Shown here in pieces: positions 1 to 10,444 of a DNA stretch of 10,444 nt. Location: sequence record QQTW01004526.1; one strand, 5' to 3'. The notes beneath the pieces were generated by a model. It did not search any database. It was not told the origin of the DNA and saw only the letters and a program-made list of their open reading frames with translations. How positions within the stretch are numbered: position 1 is the stretch's first letter; each line of letters begins with the position of its first letter. This stretch comes from a metagenome. The position numbers were made by a program, and so were the translations under genes.

Positions 1-565
1 AACGCCATGGGGTGATACATGGTATTAGGCTTCGTACTTGGAGTTATATATCTTGCCCTCACCTATATCACGTATAAACGCTTAGACATTGAATCGACGC
101 CATTATAACTAGTGGAATCATTCCGTATTCAATCTTTGCCGGGTACCTGGTCGGGCCAACATCGGGTACAGTCCATGCTTAGTCAGACACTTATAGGGTC
201 CTCTCCTGGAGAGCAAGACGCTGAAGCGTGCTGCGCCCTATCAGGTATCTTTAGCAGCATTCACTTCGCCGGCAACATTGGACCCCAAACCCAACAATAC
301 AATTTCAGACCTCTTACAATGGTCGTTACTGTAGTACTCAGGAATTGTACACCGCATCCGCCATGGGAAGCAGTACGCCCGCGAAGGCGCTTCTCGGTAC
401 GTCCGGTCAACTGCTTCGAAGAAAGTTTGCTACCGGTTGCCGCAAATCTCCCTTCAGCTCTTGCAAAATTTTCCGCGTGTCTTTTTATTACATCGTCGCT
501 GTATACTGTTTTCGTCAGGCGCCGTGTCTAGATTCCCCCGTATCAGTTGGTCCCGAGGTTGAAAT

Positions 566-3401
<2,836 letters not shown>

Positions 3402-3716
3402 CTAGTAAAGGAGAATCCCAATTCGGTAAACAGTGATATATCACATGAAACAATCGTCACAATTCTGAGTGGTGCTTTGTTTGTAATGTGACACACTAAA
3501 ATAATCACAAAAATAATGCCTTTAACCTTGACTAATCCTCTTTCTCTTCTAACTCTCCAAGATATCTTGTCACGGTTTTTAACATAATTGCTTAAACAAG
3601 CCCAGCCCTTTGTCCTTATGCGGGAACTGATGCACGAGCATGAACAGCGAACTAAAGAGAGTAGCCTACCCAAAACATACTATATATTCTGTGTTGTGCG
3701 AGAAAAAACATAGCCG

Positions 3717-3806
3717 GGGGATGTGGTCTAGTGGTATGATTCATCTTTAGCATTGCATCGAGCAAGAGATTAGATGAGGTCCGGGGTTCAATTCCCCGCG
3801 TCTCCA
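3717..3806 (+). tRNA. tRNA-Ala (anticodon AGC) with an 18-nt intron
   Basis: Manual cloverleaf. Acceptor GGGGATG (3717-3723) pairs with CGTCTCC (3799-3805), including a G3:U70 wobble, the alanine identity element. Discriminator is A3806. The D region TGGTCTAGTGG matches the Pol III A box. Anticodon stem CATCT (3742-3746) pairs with AGATG (3772-3776). The loop is TT-AGC-A with anticodon at 3749-3751, and the intron follows position 37 (3753-3770). T arm is CGGGG-TTCAATT-CCCCG (3782-3798), and GGTTCAATTCC matches the B box. Confidence 0.85.
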
Positions 3807-3810
3807 ACTT

Positions 3811-3837
3811 TCCAGGGTTCAATTCCCTGTACGACTA
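3811..3837 (+). pseudogene. Orphan tRNA 3' fragment (T arm plus 3' acceptor strand) with no matching 5' half
   Basis: CAGGG-TTCAATT-CCCTG (3813-3829) is a second T-arm hairpin with the same 7-nt loop as the upstream tRNA. TACGACT-A follows at 3830-3837. I see no complementary 5' acceptor strand (AGTCGTA or a wobble variant) nearby. Both the tRNA and the fragment are followed by AACTT. Confidence 0.5.
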
Positions 3838-3839
3838 AC

Positions 3840-3844
3840 TTTTT
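3840..3844 (+). terminator. Probable RNA polymerase III terminator (T5 run)
   Basis: This is the first run of four or more T residues downstream of the tRNA. It lies 34 nt past the discriminator base, beyond the orphan T-arm fragment. The intervening ACTTTCC contains only three T residues in a row. Confidence 0.5.
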
Positions 3845-4106
3845 GCGTTTCGCCATCTTTAAGCACTTGATTAGAACAATTCAGGTAGTGACGATAGCAG
3901 CATTAATGATTGAACCATCTTTTATTGCGTCTACGGTCGTTCATCATGTTTTTGTGGGGCCGGGCTAGGGTGCCGAGAGCTCTGATGACCGTCTTTTTAT
4001 TTTCGCTTGTGTTTCCGGCTCTTCCATTAACAGCACAACATCAAAGGCCCTCCTTTTAAACCCCCCGAGTTCTCCAAGGATTCAGAGTGATGATAAGTAC
4101 CCGCCG

Positions 4107-5468
4107 ATGAAGTAAGTTGGAATGATCGGTGCACCCATTCAGGGCAAGCAGAGCGCTTCCGCCTACCCATTTATCTCGGTTTCATACGAAGCATACTCCA
4201 CAAGCTTGTTAAGTCTACCTGCTTCGTGCAACAATCGAGAAATCGGCGCTTGGAAGCCCTAGTGGTATACACACTATAATCCGCTCATATGTGATTTCTC
4301 GGCCAGGTCCTGTGAGCCCTATGTCTTTACAAATGATTATATTCTCTTCAGCAGAGCAGGTCTCTGACACACCTCTTTGGATACACTGTTCATCATGACG
4401 TACTAAACCTTCCTTTCTTTCTTTGCTATTTTCTGCACTTCTCGTCGAGCAGCTCCGACCGATACTCGAGCATTGAGCCCCCACGAGGTCTCCCAGGAAC
4501 GTTCCCACGAGATCTTTCTAATCAGTGTCCATTCCGACCTGGGAAAAATAACCTGGCCAAGAATAAGGTGGGCCTTATCCAGAATTCAGTCTACCGGGAA
4601 GTGCTCCGGCTGCTGCGTGGCAAGTGCTGATTGAGGTACATGGACTGTCTTCATCAAGCTACGGCGGATCAAGCTTTCTCCAAAATCAAGGCTGATGGAG
4701 ATGTTGCTGGCATGGCGCATGCCTTCATGTCCGCTGCCCTGAAAAGATACACGGGTAAGGTCGACTTGGCCAGGGTGAAGTGTGCGGCCACCAACCCTGA
4801 AATTGGTGCCATTTTTCAGCATCAGTTTAGTCTGTCAGGTGTTCGTGTGCTCGACTTTACGATTGATCGTTCTTCATTAAAGATCCTGCCTCGGCCGACG
4901 CAGCTGCAACCGATAGAGCTAATAGTATGTTGTTGCCCAGCAGGTTGCGAGGTACCTTCGCAGCAGGAGCCGTCAATGATTCGACAGCCAAGGGTCACTT
5001 GCTGATGACCAAGACGAGTTGCAAGGTGCATCTTCGCCCAGTACTTTGCTGGTACCTATGCTACTGCCGATGCAGTAGCGGGTGCAGGGAAGTCTGAGCA
5101 CTTGCGAACAATGAAGCGAGCTTGGGGTACATCAGTCACGCCATGAAATATTCGACGCTCGCCACAAATTTCAAAAATGGCGCCTCATCTAACGCGGTTT
5201 TTACTCCCCTCCTTTGGCTTCTCCGCACCAAGCGCGAGCTCTAGGATCGCAGCATCCTCATCGACACAGGCGGTGACAACGTGCAGCCTTCACCGAAGCC
5301 CTTGACGGCCTTCCTCCCTCTGTCATCATGTTATCGGGCGATAGGTCATTCGGCGTCAACGGTAGCATTTGGTCAACTCAGGTTCAGCGCTACAACGAGA
5401 GCGTGTCGGTGTTCAAGACGATGCGCGTGCAAATGCTGCCGACAGTGGAATTATTGCTGGCAATGTAG
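4107..5468 (+). other. Unresolved coding-like region, either a multi-exon gene I cannot splice by eye or a decayed pseudogene
   Basis: One + frame (coordinate mod 3 = 2) is open over 4337-4627, 4631-5002 and 5009-5143, broken only by TGA 4628, TGA-TGA 5003-5008 and TGA 5144. A second frame (5277-5465, stop TAG 5466-5468) has about 70 percent third-position GC and reads as ordinary protein (...SVIMLSGDRSFGVNGSIWSTQVQRYNESVSVFKTMRVQMLPTVELLLAM). Splice-like signals are ATGAA|GTAAGT at 4107-4117 and TACTAAA plus a long pyrimidine tract ending in AG at 4401-4452. Confidence 0.25.
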
Positions 5469-6160
5469 GCTAGTGTGATATCAGGAGAAGGACCGCAGCT
5501 CCGCTTTTGCTAAACAGAGGGCCGCGGGAGTGGCGGGCCTGGCGGAAGAATGTTTCCATTCGTTAGGGACGGGAAATGATTAAGATGATGCGAAGCCTGG
5601 ACACCGTCAGTACTGGGCGGGTTGAATGGATCGAGCTAGGGTGCTGAGCCGTGAGAACGATAGTGGGAAACGGATGGGGTAGCGAATCAGGCTGAGGTAT
5701 TCTGCTCTCTGTACGCTCGTCTCTATCCGATTACCGCTGCCTCTTCCATTCTTGTACGTCGCCCAGTCGACTTCCCACCATTATCAGATTCTAATCTTCC
5801 AGGTGCAGTACTCGTACGTATCGATTGGTTCATCAGTGTGATTAGATAGAGAAGACTCCCAAAAGCAAGAGTCGAGCGGGACTGTCTTGCAGGACGAAAG
5901 CGGAGACTTGTGGTGATGGTCTACTCTTTCCTAGTGGACGCGGTCGATAAGACCTGGACGATGACAGATAGCGAACTTTGCTACCGGAGTGAGATCGTTC
6001 GAAATCTGGCAAGCACGACATGGCTATTCTGATTCCCGGGGATGAAAGAGGTCTCCGAAGAGAAGCATAAGCAGACCGTTCCTTCCTCAGCAAAATGTTT
6101 ACGACGCAGCTTCAACCTCGAAATGGCAGTCGCGGTTGTTCACCACCAGCGTAAAACAGT

Positions 6161-6352
6161 TACTTCCCTCCAGTTTCCTCCATCTTTCTTCTCCATCTCT
6201 CATCCGCTCTCAAGCATCAACTTTTTGCTTCTTGCCAGCTTTCATTCCACCCCACAGCTTTTCAGCATCAGCAACCTTCTCCCAGGTCTTTATCAAGCTT
6301 TGCAGGCGTGTTCTTTGCTACTACATCACTTTCTACACAAGCCTTAGCAATA
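6161..6352 (+). promoter_or_regulatory. Pyrimidine-rich (CT-box type) core promoter and 5' leader of the downstream gene
   Basis: About 190 nt with strong C/T bias on the + strand lies immediately upstream of ATG 6353. CT-rich blocks of this kind are known at transcription start regions in filamentous fungi. The bias also explains several spurious long + strand ORFs here. Confidence 0.4.
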
Positions 6353-7201
6353 ATGCCTTCCATGGTGATCTCAGGCTTTGCCCTCCTCTCCATCCTGGCC
6401 GCTGTTGGACATGCTGCACCACCTACGGAGTCTGCTCCAACGGCCACCCAGGCATTGCAAACGTTCTTGTCTGTGTCCAACCTCAACGCTGCTCAGGTAC
6501 GCTACTTCACGATCCTTGCTTTTTCCCAATCTCAGCTGCTTCTCCTACTCCGTCTTCTGCTATGTTGGCCACCGTTATGGAGACGGTCTGCGTTGAGCAT
6601 AGGATGTCTTGCCGTGATGTCTTCTTACCTTGTCACACTCTTCAATCATACCTTCACCTGCTGACTAGTAGCGAAGGCTTCCGAGGTGTCGTCAAAGTTC
6701 GCCGCCGATCACAACGCATACTACTCGACCCTCTCAAACGACCCAGGCTTCAAGACTGCCTACAGCGTCGTTGCCACAGCAATGCCAGCATCTGCCATGA
6801 GTGCCGCCGCAGTCGATCCAGAACTGTTCCTCGCATCTCTGGCCAGAGAAGACAGAGACGACCTGCCTGAATGGTACACCTCCATGCCGAGATCTGTTCA
6901 AGACTTCTGGAGAAGCGTTGGCAGCCATGATATCCAGATGTACACCAGTGAGGTCAACGTGGTCAGACCGTTGCCAAGTTCCGTGTCGGCTTCTTTGAGC
7001 TCCCTATCGAGTTCTCTGAGCTCACGGGCCAGTTCACTGAGCTCGCAGACGGAATCTCTTGCCTCATCGCTCGCTTCCGCGAGCGCGACAATGGTTCTGA
7101 AGGGTGCAGCCCCGGCATCACCTGCCACATCCGGTCACATGCTGGTGGCAGCTGCTGGTGTGGCCATCGCCGCCGGTCTTGTTTCCATGGCCATGTTGTA
7201 A
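6353..7201 (+). CDS. Secreted Ser-rich protein with a hydrophobic C-terminal tail (GPI-anchor-type architecture). Provisional model join(6353..6496,6677..7201).
   Basis: ATG 6353 (A at -3) opens MPSMVISGFALLSILAAVGHA|APP, a signal-peptide-like N-terminus. Donor CAG|GTACGC is at 6497. The downstream ORF (track 6686..7201, GTG pseudo-start, frame open from 6665) carries a Ser/Leu/Ala-rich block (SASLSSLSSSLSSRASSLSS...). It ends in small residues followed by about 20 hydrophobic residues (SGHMLVAAAGVAIAAGLVSMAML), then stop TAA 7199-7201. Confidence 0.65.
6497..6676 (+). other. Intron(s) of the secreted-protein gene. A single 180-nt intron is the only in-frame solution found.
   Basis: Donor GTACGC is at 6497 and branch site CTGAC at 6661-6665. 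Three clustered AGs follow: TAG 6666-6668, TAG 6669-6671 and AAG 6674-6676. Only the last keeps exon 1 in frame with the 6686..7201 ORF. At 180 nt it is far longer than the 48-57 nt introns of the first gene, so the exact structure is uncertain. Confidence 0.4.
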
Positions 7202-7921
7202 GGGAGGCAGGGCGATGATTATCGGAGGCTTTTTCTACCCTACATTCTCTTGTTGCGACGGTCCTATGTAACTATTCACACGCATGTACTGGGCTTGGAC
7301 GAGTGATGAACCCTGTTTCTTTGGTGTGGAAAGGACGGATGACTGCGGTCCCGGAGACTGAAACCTGTCTGGACAGAGTCGTAAGCAGACTTCAATGAAC
7401 ACAGGTTTCTTGGAGCACTTGATCTCATCATCGGTGCCAATCGTGCTTCTCCTATGCAATCATAGATTCGACCACTCAGTTGCGTGGACTGATCTAGGTT
7501 CTGTTCTTCCCTGAGACGGTCGTTCCCCTAGGTCCTTGCTCTGTTTAAGGCATGGCCTCATGGACCGCCCGTCCAAGGTGCTGCATAGTTGGCCCTCATC
7601 GTGACGTTCCATATTCTTGACCATGACGGGGAGCGTATTGGCCTTTCCTGTTCTCCACTCGAAAGAATCTGTCATGGGATGGTCACTCAATTGCATCCTG
7701 ATCTTACCAGATCTTTGGGCATACGAATTACATTAGTTCGGTCTGTAATTGTACACATCGCCATTCCTGGACACACTGCAAGAGCCATTGTAGCAAAAGG
7801 ATCAAAGCCCAGGAGCCTATCAGCCAAAAGGTGCAAGCAGCGTAGCAACGAAGCAAAAAGGGGGTATCGTTACAATTAGGGTAATAGGTATTACAGACAC
7901 GCCCACCCAACAATAGGCCGG

Positions 7922-10258
7922 TCACTTCTTCCTCCGATGCATCTTCCACTCCGCCTTCGCGACCCGCATCAGGAGTTCCTCATCCCTGACCGGGATCCAG
8001 CTCGTCAGCACCTTCATCGCGTTCTCGAAGTCCGAGTCCAGCAAAATCTCCCGCGTGCCGTCTATGAGCGCGGCGGAGACGGCGTGCAGGACGTCCAAGG
8101 TGCCGTTGTAGGAGGCTGGTTGCGCGGGAAGGGTTGTAGTCTCGCCGTCAGGCGGAGACTTGCCGTTCGCAGGCAAGGAAACGGGAGGAGTAGCCGATTC
8201 TCCATCAACCGGATCACCCAGCAGCATGAAAACATCCCACACGCGCAGCTGCGCCGGGAAGGGGATCGAGTAATTGAACAGCGTCAGGTACCACCTAGTT
8301 CCGTATGCTGTCGGCTCAATCCCCAATTCCTTGAGCTTAACCGCAACCTCCCCGTTCGCGAGCCAGCGCTTCTCGAACTCCTCTAATGCCTGCATGAGGC
8401 CATCGAAGCCGGACTGGTAGAGCCGTTCCAGGCCGCGCAGCTGCCACAGGCGGACGAGCATGACGAAGGCCATTTCCTCGTCGTAGTAGCAGAGGAGAGT
8501 GGCTGCCAGGGCGGCCATGCCTTGCACGTAACCCGTGGCGGGGAAATAGATGGACAGGCAGTGCAGCACGCGGAAGAGGAGGCGCTGCCCGCCGCGGTAG
8601 CGCCGGCGGAACATGATGTGGCTGTTGATGGTTCGCGGGACGTCCAGGTCGATCTGGAAGTCGTCCGGGCTGGCACGCTGGAGGAGGGTGTGGAAGGAGG
8701 TCTTGAGGGAGGCGTCATCGGCGAGAGGGGGGGTATGGTGGTGGTGTTGCTGTCGCTGTGCGGAGGCGCTGAGGAAAGCGTGCCAGGCTGTGGCGCGCCA
8801 GCGGTCGGGGATCCCTTTCCAGGTGCGCTCGATCACTCTAGGGGAGGTTGTGTCGAAGGTGAAGGTCATGCCGCCGCCGATTGTGCTGGTGGAGTTGGAG
8901 GGGTTGTTGAGGGGGCGGGCCATCTTCTGCCATTTTTCTTCCCGGCGCCGCTCGCGGAGGCGGGAGGCTTCGACATGCTTGCTGTCTTCGACGGCTTCTG
9001 TGGCGTCTGATAAACCGGGAGGAAGCGTGAGCATGTCGCCTGCTTCGTCCAGGCAGCGGCGGTCGCGGTTGAGGGGTAGCTTGTTGGTGGCGGAGCGGAG
9101 TTTCGATTGTGTATTGCTGAGCGGCCCACGGTAGGAGCTTTGTGAGGATGCAGGGCGGTTGTTGCGAGATTCAGGTCTGGTGGTGGAGCGGGCGGGGCTT
9201 TTCGCGGAGGAGGGACTTCGACCAAGTTTGCTTCGACGGCGTCGGGGAGCTTCGGAGGCGAGTTGGAGGACAGTGGAGACTCTTTGGATGCGGGGCGGAT
9301 CTCGAAGCCGCGACGGCAGTGAGTTGAGTGAGGAGTCCGCAGATGGTTGGGAGGGGATGATGAAGCCGTAGCGATCGACGTCGTCAACGGATACGTTGTC
9401 CCAGTCCTCGATACCGCCCGCTAATTCCTTCTCTTCACGTAACACCGATAGGATGTCCGTCTTGGGAGGCCTCGAAGGCTTCTGAGATGGGATCCTCAAG
9501 GAAATGCCTTCTTCCTCTGCCCCAACGTTGTTAGGGCGGGCTCCAGTACGATCAGAAGACTGATCGGTTGCACCCTCATACATCGCTCTGACCTTACTGG
9601 AAAGGATCTCTTCGTCTACCGACAAGACCCTTGTCGGGAGTGTGGATGTGGGCAGGGACAAGTGTACGCTTGGCTTTCGACTTCTGGCCGGTCTGATATG
9701 AATAGAACCCTTTGAGTGATGGGCTTTCTTCCCCCCAATGAGCATGCTTCCCCGAGTTGAAAACTCAATTCGGCCAGGCAGGGTGAGGTCGTCAAGGCTT
9801 CCAGTTGGTATCTCAGTCACGAGTCCAATGAACGGCATTTGCGGTACAGGCGGAATGGAAGTCTGGCCCGGCGGTGTTTTGCATCTCTTTCTGATCGAAG
9901 GAACTGAGACTGTACTTTCTCCTGGTGCTGACAACTGGGGTAACGACGGGGAGTGCTGGAGGCTCCGGCTCGACTCGGCGTCCGTAGCAAGCGTGGTCCC
10001 GCTGTCTCGAGCTGTAGAACTCGATGGTGCCAGCCCCGAGTCTCTCCGGTCATCGTCGCGAAGATTTGATCTTGCAGTCCCAGACAGCCATTGTTGATCC
10101 GGCGAATGCTTCGGTTTTCTGAGACCAGTGATCGTGGACGTCAAATGAGGCGGTGGTGTGGCTCTATTGACTGGTATCGGTGGCTGGGCGGCAGTGGTAT
10201 TATCGTAGGGTACGGCTTTGACGCTTTCTGCACTCCGGACTACTCTCACAGACGGCAT
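7922..10258 (-). CDS. TBC-domain Rab GTPase-activating protein (RN-tre/USP6NL, yeast Msb3/Msb4-like), 778 aa, no intron required
   Basis: Uninterrupted 2337-nt ORF. ATG is at 10256-10258 with A at -3, and TGA at 7922-7924. All three TBC signature motifs are present: RxxxW (GIPDRWRATAW, about 8785-8817), IxxDxxR (IDLDVPRT, Arg codon 8633-8635) and YxQ (GYVQGMA, Gln codon 8522-8524). Extended similarity to the family is recalled from memory (DLDVPRTINSHIMFRRRY..., ...YGTRWYLTLF..., ...LRVWDVFMLLG). The N-terminal region of about 470 aa is Ser/Pro/Arg-rich and low in complexity. Confidence 0.93.
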   Translation of the reverse strand: MPSVRVVRSAESVKAVPYDNTTAAQPPIPVNRATPPPHLTSTITGLRKPKHSPDQQWLSGTARSNLRDDDRRDSGLAPSSSTARDSGTTLATDAESSRSLQHSPSLPQLSAPGESTVSVPSIRKRCKTPPGQTSIPPVPQMPFIGLVTEIPTGSLDDLTLPGRIEFSTRGSMLIGGKKAHHSKGSIHIRPARSRKPSVHLSLPTSTLPTRVLSVDEEILSSKVRAMYEGATDQSSDRTGARPNNVGAEEEGISLRIPSQKPSRPPKTDILSVLREEKELAGGIEDWDNVSVDDVDRYGFIIPSQPSADSSLNSLPSRLRDPPRIQRVSTVLQLASEAPRRRRSKLGRSPSSAKSPARSTTRPESRNNRPASSQSSYRGPLSNTQSKLRSATNKLPLNRDRRCLDEAGDMLTLPPGLSDATEAVEDSKHVEASRLRERRREEKWQKMARPLNNPSNSTSTIGGGMTFTFDTTSPRVIERTWKGIPDRWRATAWHAFLSASAQRQQHHHHTPPLADDASLKTSFHTLLQRASPDDFQIDLDVPRTINSHIMFRRRYRGGQRLLFRVLHCLSIYFPATGYVQGMAALAATLLCYYDEEMAFVMLVRLWQLRGLERLYQSGFDGLMQALEEFEKRWLANGEVAVKLKELGIEPTAYGTRWYLTLFNYSIPFPAQLRVWDVFMLLGDPVDGESATPPVSLPANGKSPPDGETTTLPAQPASYNGTLDVLHAVSAALIDGTREILLDSDFENAMKVLTSWIPVRDEELLMRVAKAEWKMHRRKK

Positions 10259-10444
10259 ACTTGGATGGGTGACGATAAATCGATTGGTCGATTTGGCCTG
10301 ACACGAAGACTGAATTGATGTCTAGGAGTCGACCGAGCGGATCCTGCAAGACCAAGAATCCGTGTCTTTGGCTTCCCTTTTGAGAAGATGCGTGACAGGG
10401 ATGAGCTTCCCGCGCCGCCAGGCCAAGCGAGCTTCAAATTTCGT

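Noticed and set aside
73-78. TATAAA hexamer as the TATA box of the first gene
   Set aside because: It lies about 490 nt upstream of ATG 566 with no mapped transcription start. A single hexamer in AT-moderate sequence is weak evidence.
112-531. 139-aa + strand ORF upstream of the first gene
   Set aside because: It has a GTG pseudo-start and roughly 50 percent third-position GC, and its length is near chance expectation for a window this size. Only its 3' end might be translated, as part of the possible uORF noted in the findings.
3774-3968. 64-aa + strand ORF
   Set aside because: It starts inside the tRNA-Ala gene and runs through the orphan T-arm fragment and the Pol III terminator. It is short and has no coding bias.
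4215-5031. Minus-strand ORFs 4215..4508, 4586..4822 and 4822..5031 as a possible minus-strand gene
   Set aside because: They are short, lie in different frames, and have less protein-like translations than the + strand frames in the same region. I found no splice signals linking them. The strand call in this region still has low confidence.
6136-6870. 244-aa + strand ORF, plus overlapping + strand ORFs 6042..6347, 6308..6664 and 6378..6596
   Set aside because: The + strand here is strongly pyrimidine-rich (CT promoter block and intron), which depletes stop codons in all frames. The translations are Cys/Arg/Leu-rich and implausible. Only the part of the 6308..6664 frame from ATG 6353 to 6496 is used, as the signal-peptide exon.
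6898-7128. 76-aa minus-strand ORF with a charged, coiled-coil-like ELxREL pattern
   Set aside because: It is the antisense reading of the Ser/Leu/Ala-rich coding region. The + strand gene has a signal peptide, a long ORF and a GPI-type tail.
7360-7409. Perfect 9-bp inverted repeat GAAACCTGT / ACAGGTTTC with a 32-nt loop in the convergent intergenic region
   Set aside because: One or two 9-bp inverted repeats at this spacing are expected by chance in 10 kb. It has no flanking T-run or other context, and eukaryotic 3' ends do not use such terminators.
7937-9387. Several 110-173-aa ORFs overlapping the TBC gene (+ 7937..8386, 8522..9010, 8613..9134, 9142..9327, 9159..9371; - 8383..8718, 8866..9387)
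   Set aside because: These are alternative-frame and antisense ORFs inside a GC-rich 778-aa gene with unmistakable TBC motifs. Their translations are Gly/Arg/Ala/Pro-rich low-complexity sequence, typical of off-frame GC-rich coding DNA.

Overview
This window reads as eukaryotic nuclear DNA, most like a filamentous ascomycete, not a prokaryotic locus. The evidence is short 48-57 nt spliceosomal introns (GTRNGY donor, CTRAY branch site, YAG or AAG acceptor), an intron-containing tRNA with Pol III A and B boxes, a CT-rich core promoter block and a TBC/RabGAP gene. The ORF track uses GTG/TTG starts, so many of its M residues are artefacts. Contents, left to right: (1) An operon-like string of four + strand ORFs (566-3401) joins in frame into one 4-exon gene once three introns are removed. 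It encodes an 891-aa protein I cannot assign to a family. It has a possible PD-(D/E)xK nuclease-like motif and an 85-codon Asp/Glu/Asn tract encoded by a higher-order GAC/GAA/GAT array. (2) tRNA-Ala(AGC) with an 18-nt intron lies at 3717-3806. An orphan tRNA T-arm plus 3' acceptor fragment sits between it and the first oligo-T terminator. (3) The 4.1-5.5 kb stretch has coding-like frames broken by isolated stops, and I cannot resolve it into a gene model. (4) A + strand gene at 6353-7201 encodes a signal-peptide, Ser-rich protein with a hydrophobic C-terminal tail (GPI-type). (5) A - strand 778-aa TBC-domain Rab GTPase-activating protein lies at 7922-10258, convergent with (4). I see no CRISPR array, rRNA or transposon termini. 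I found no multi-gene system I could defend. The most unusual items are the orphan acidic-tailed protein and the tRNA locus architecture. All family assignments come from motif recognition by eye, not from database searches.
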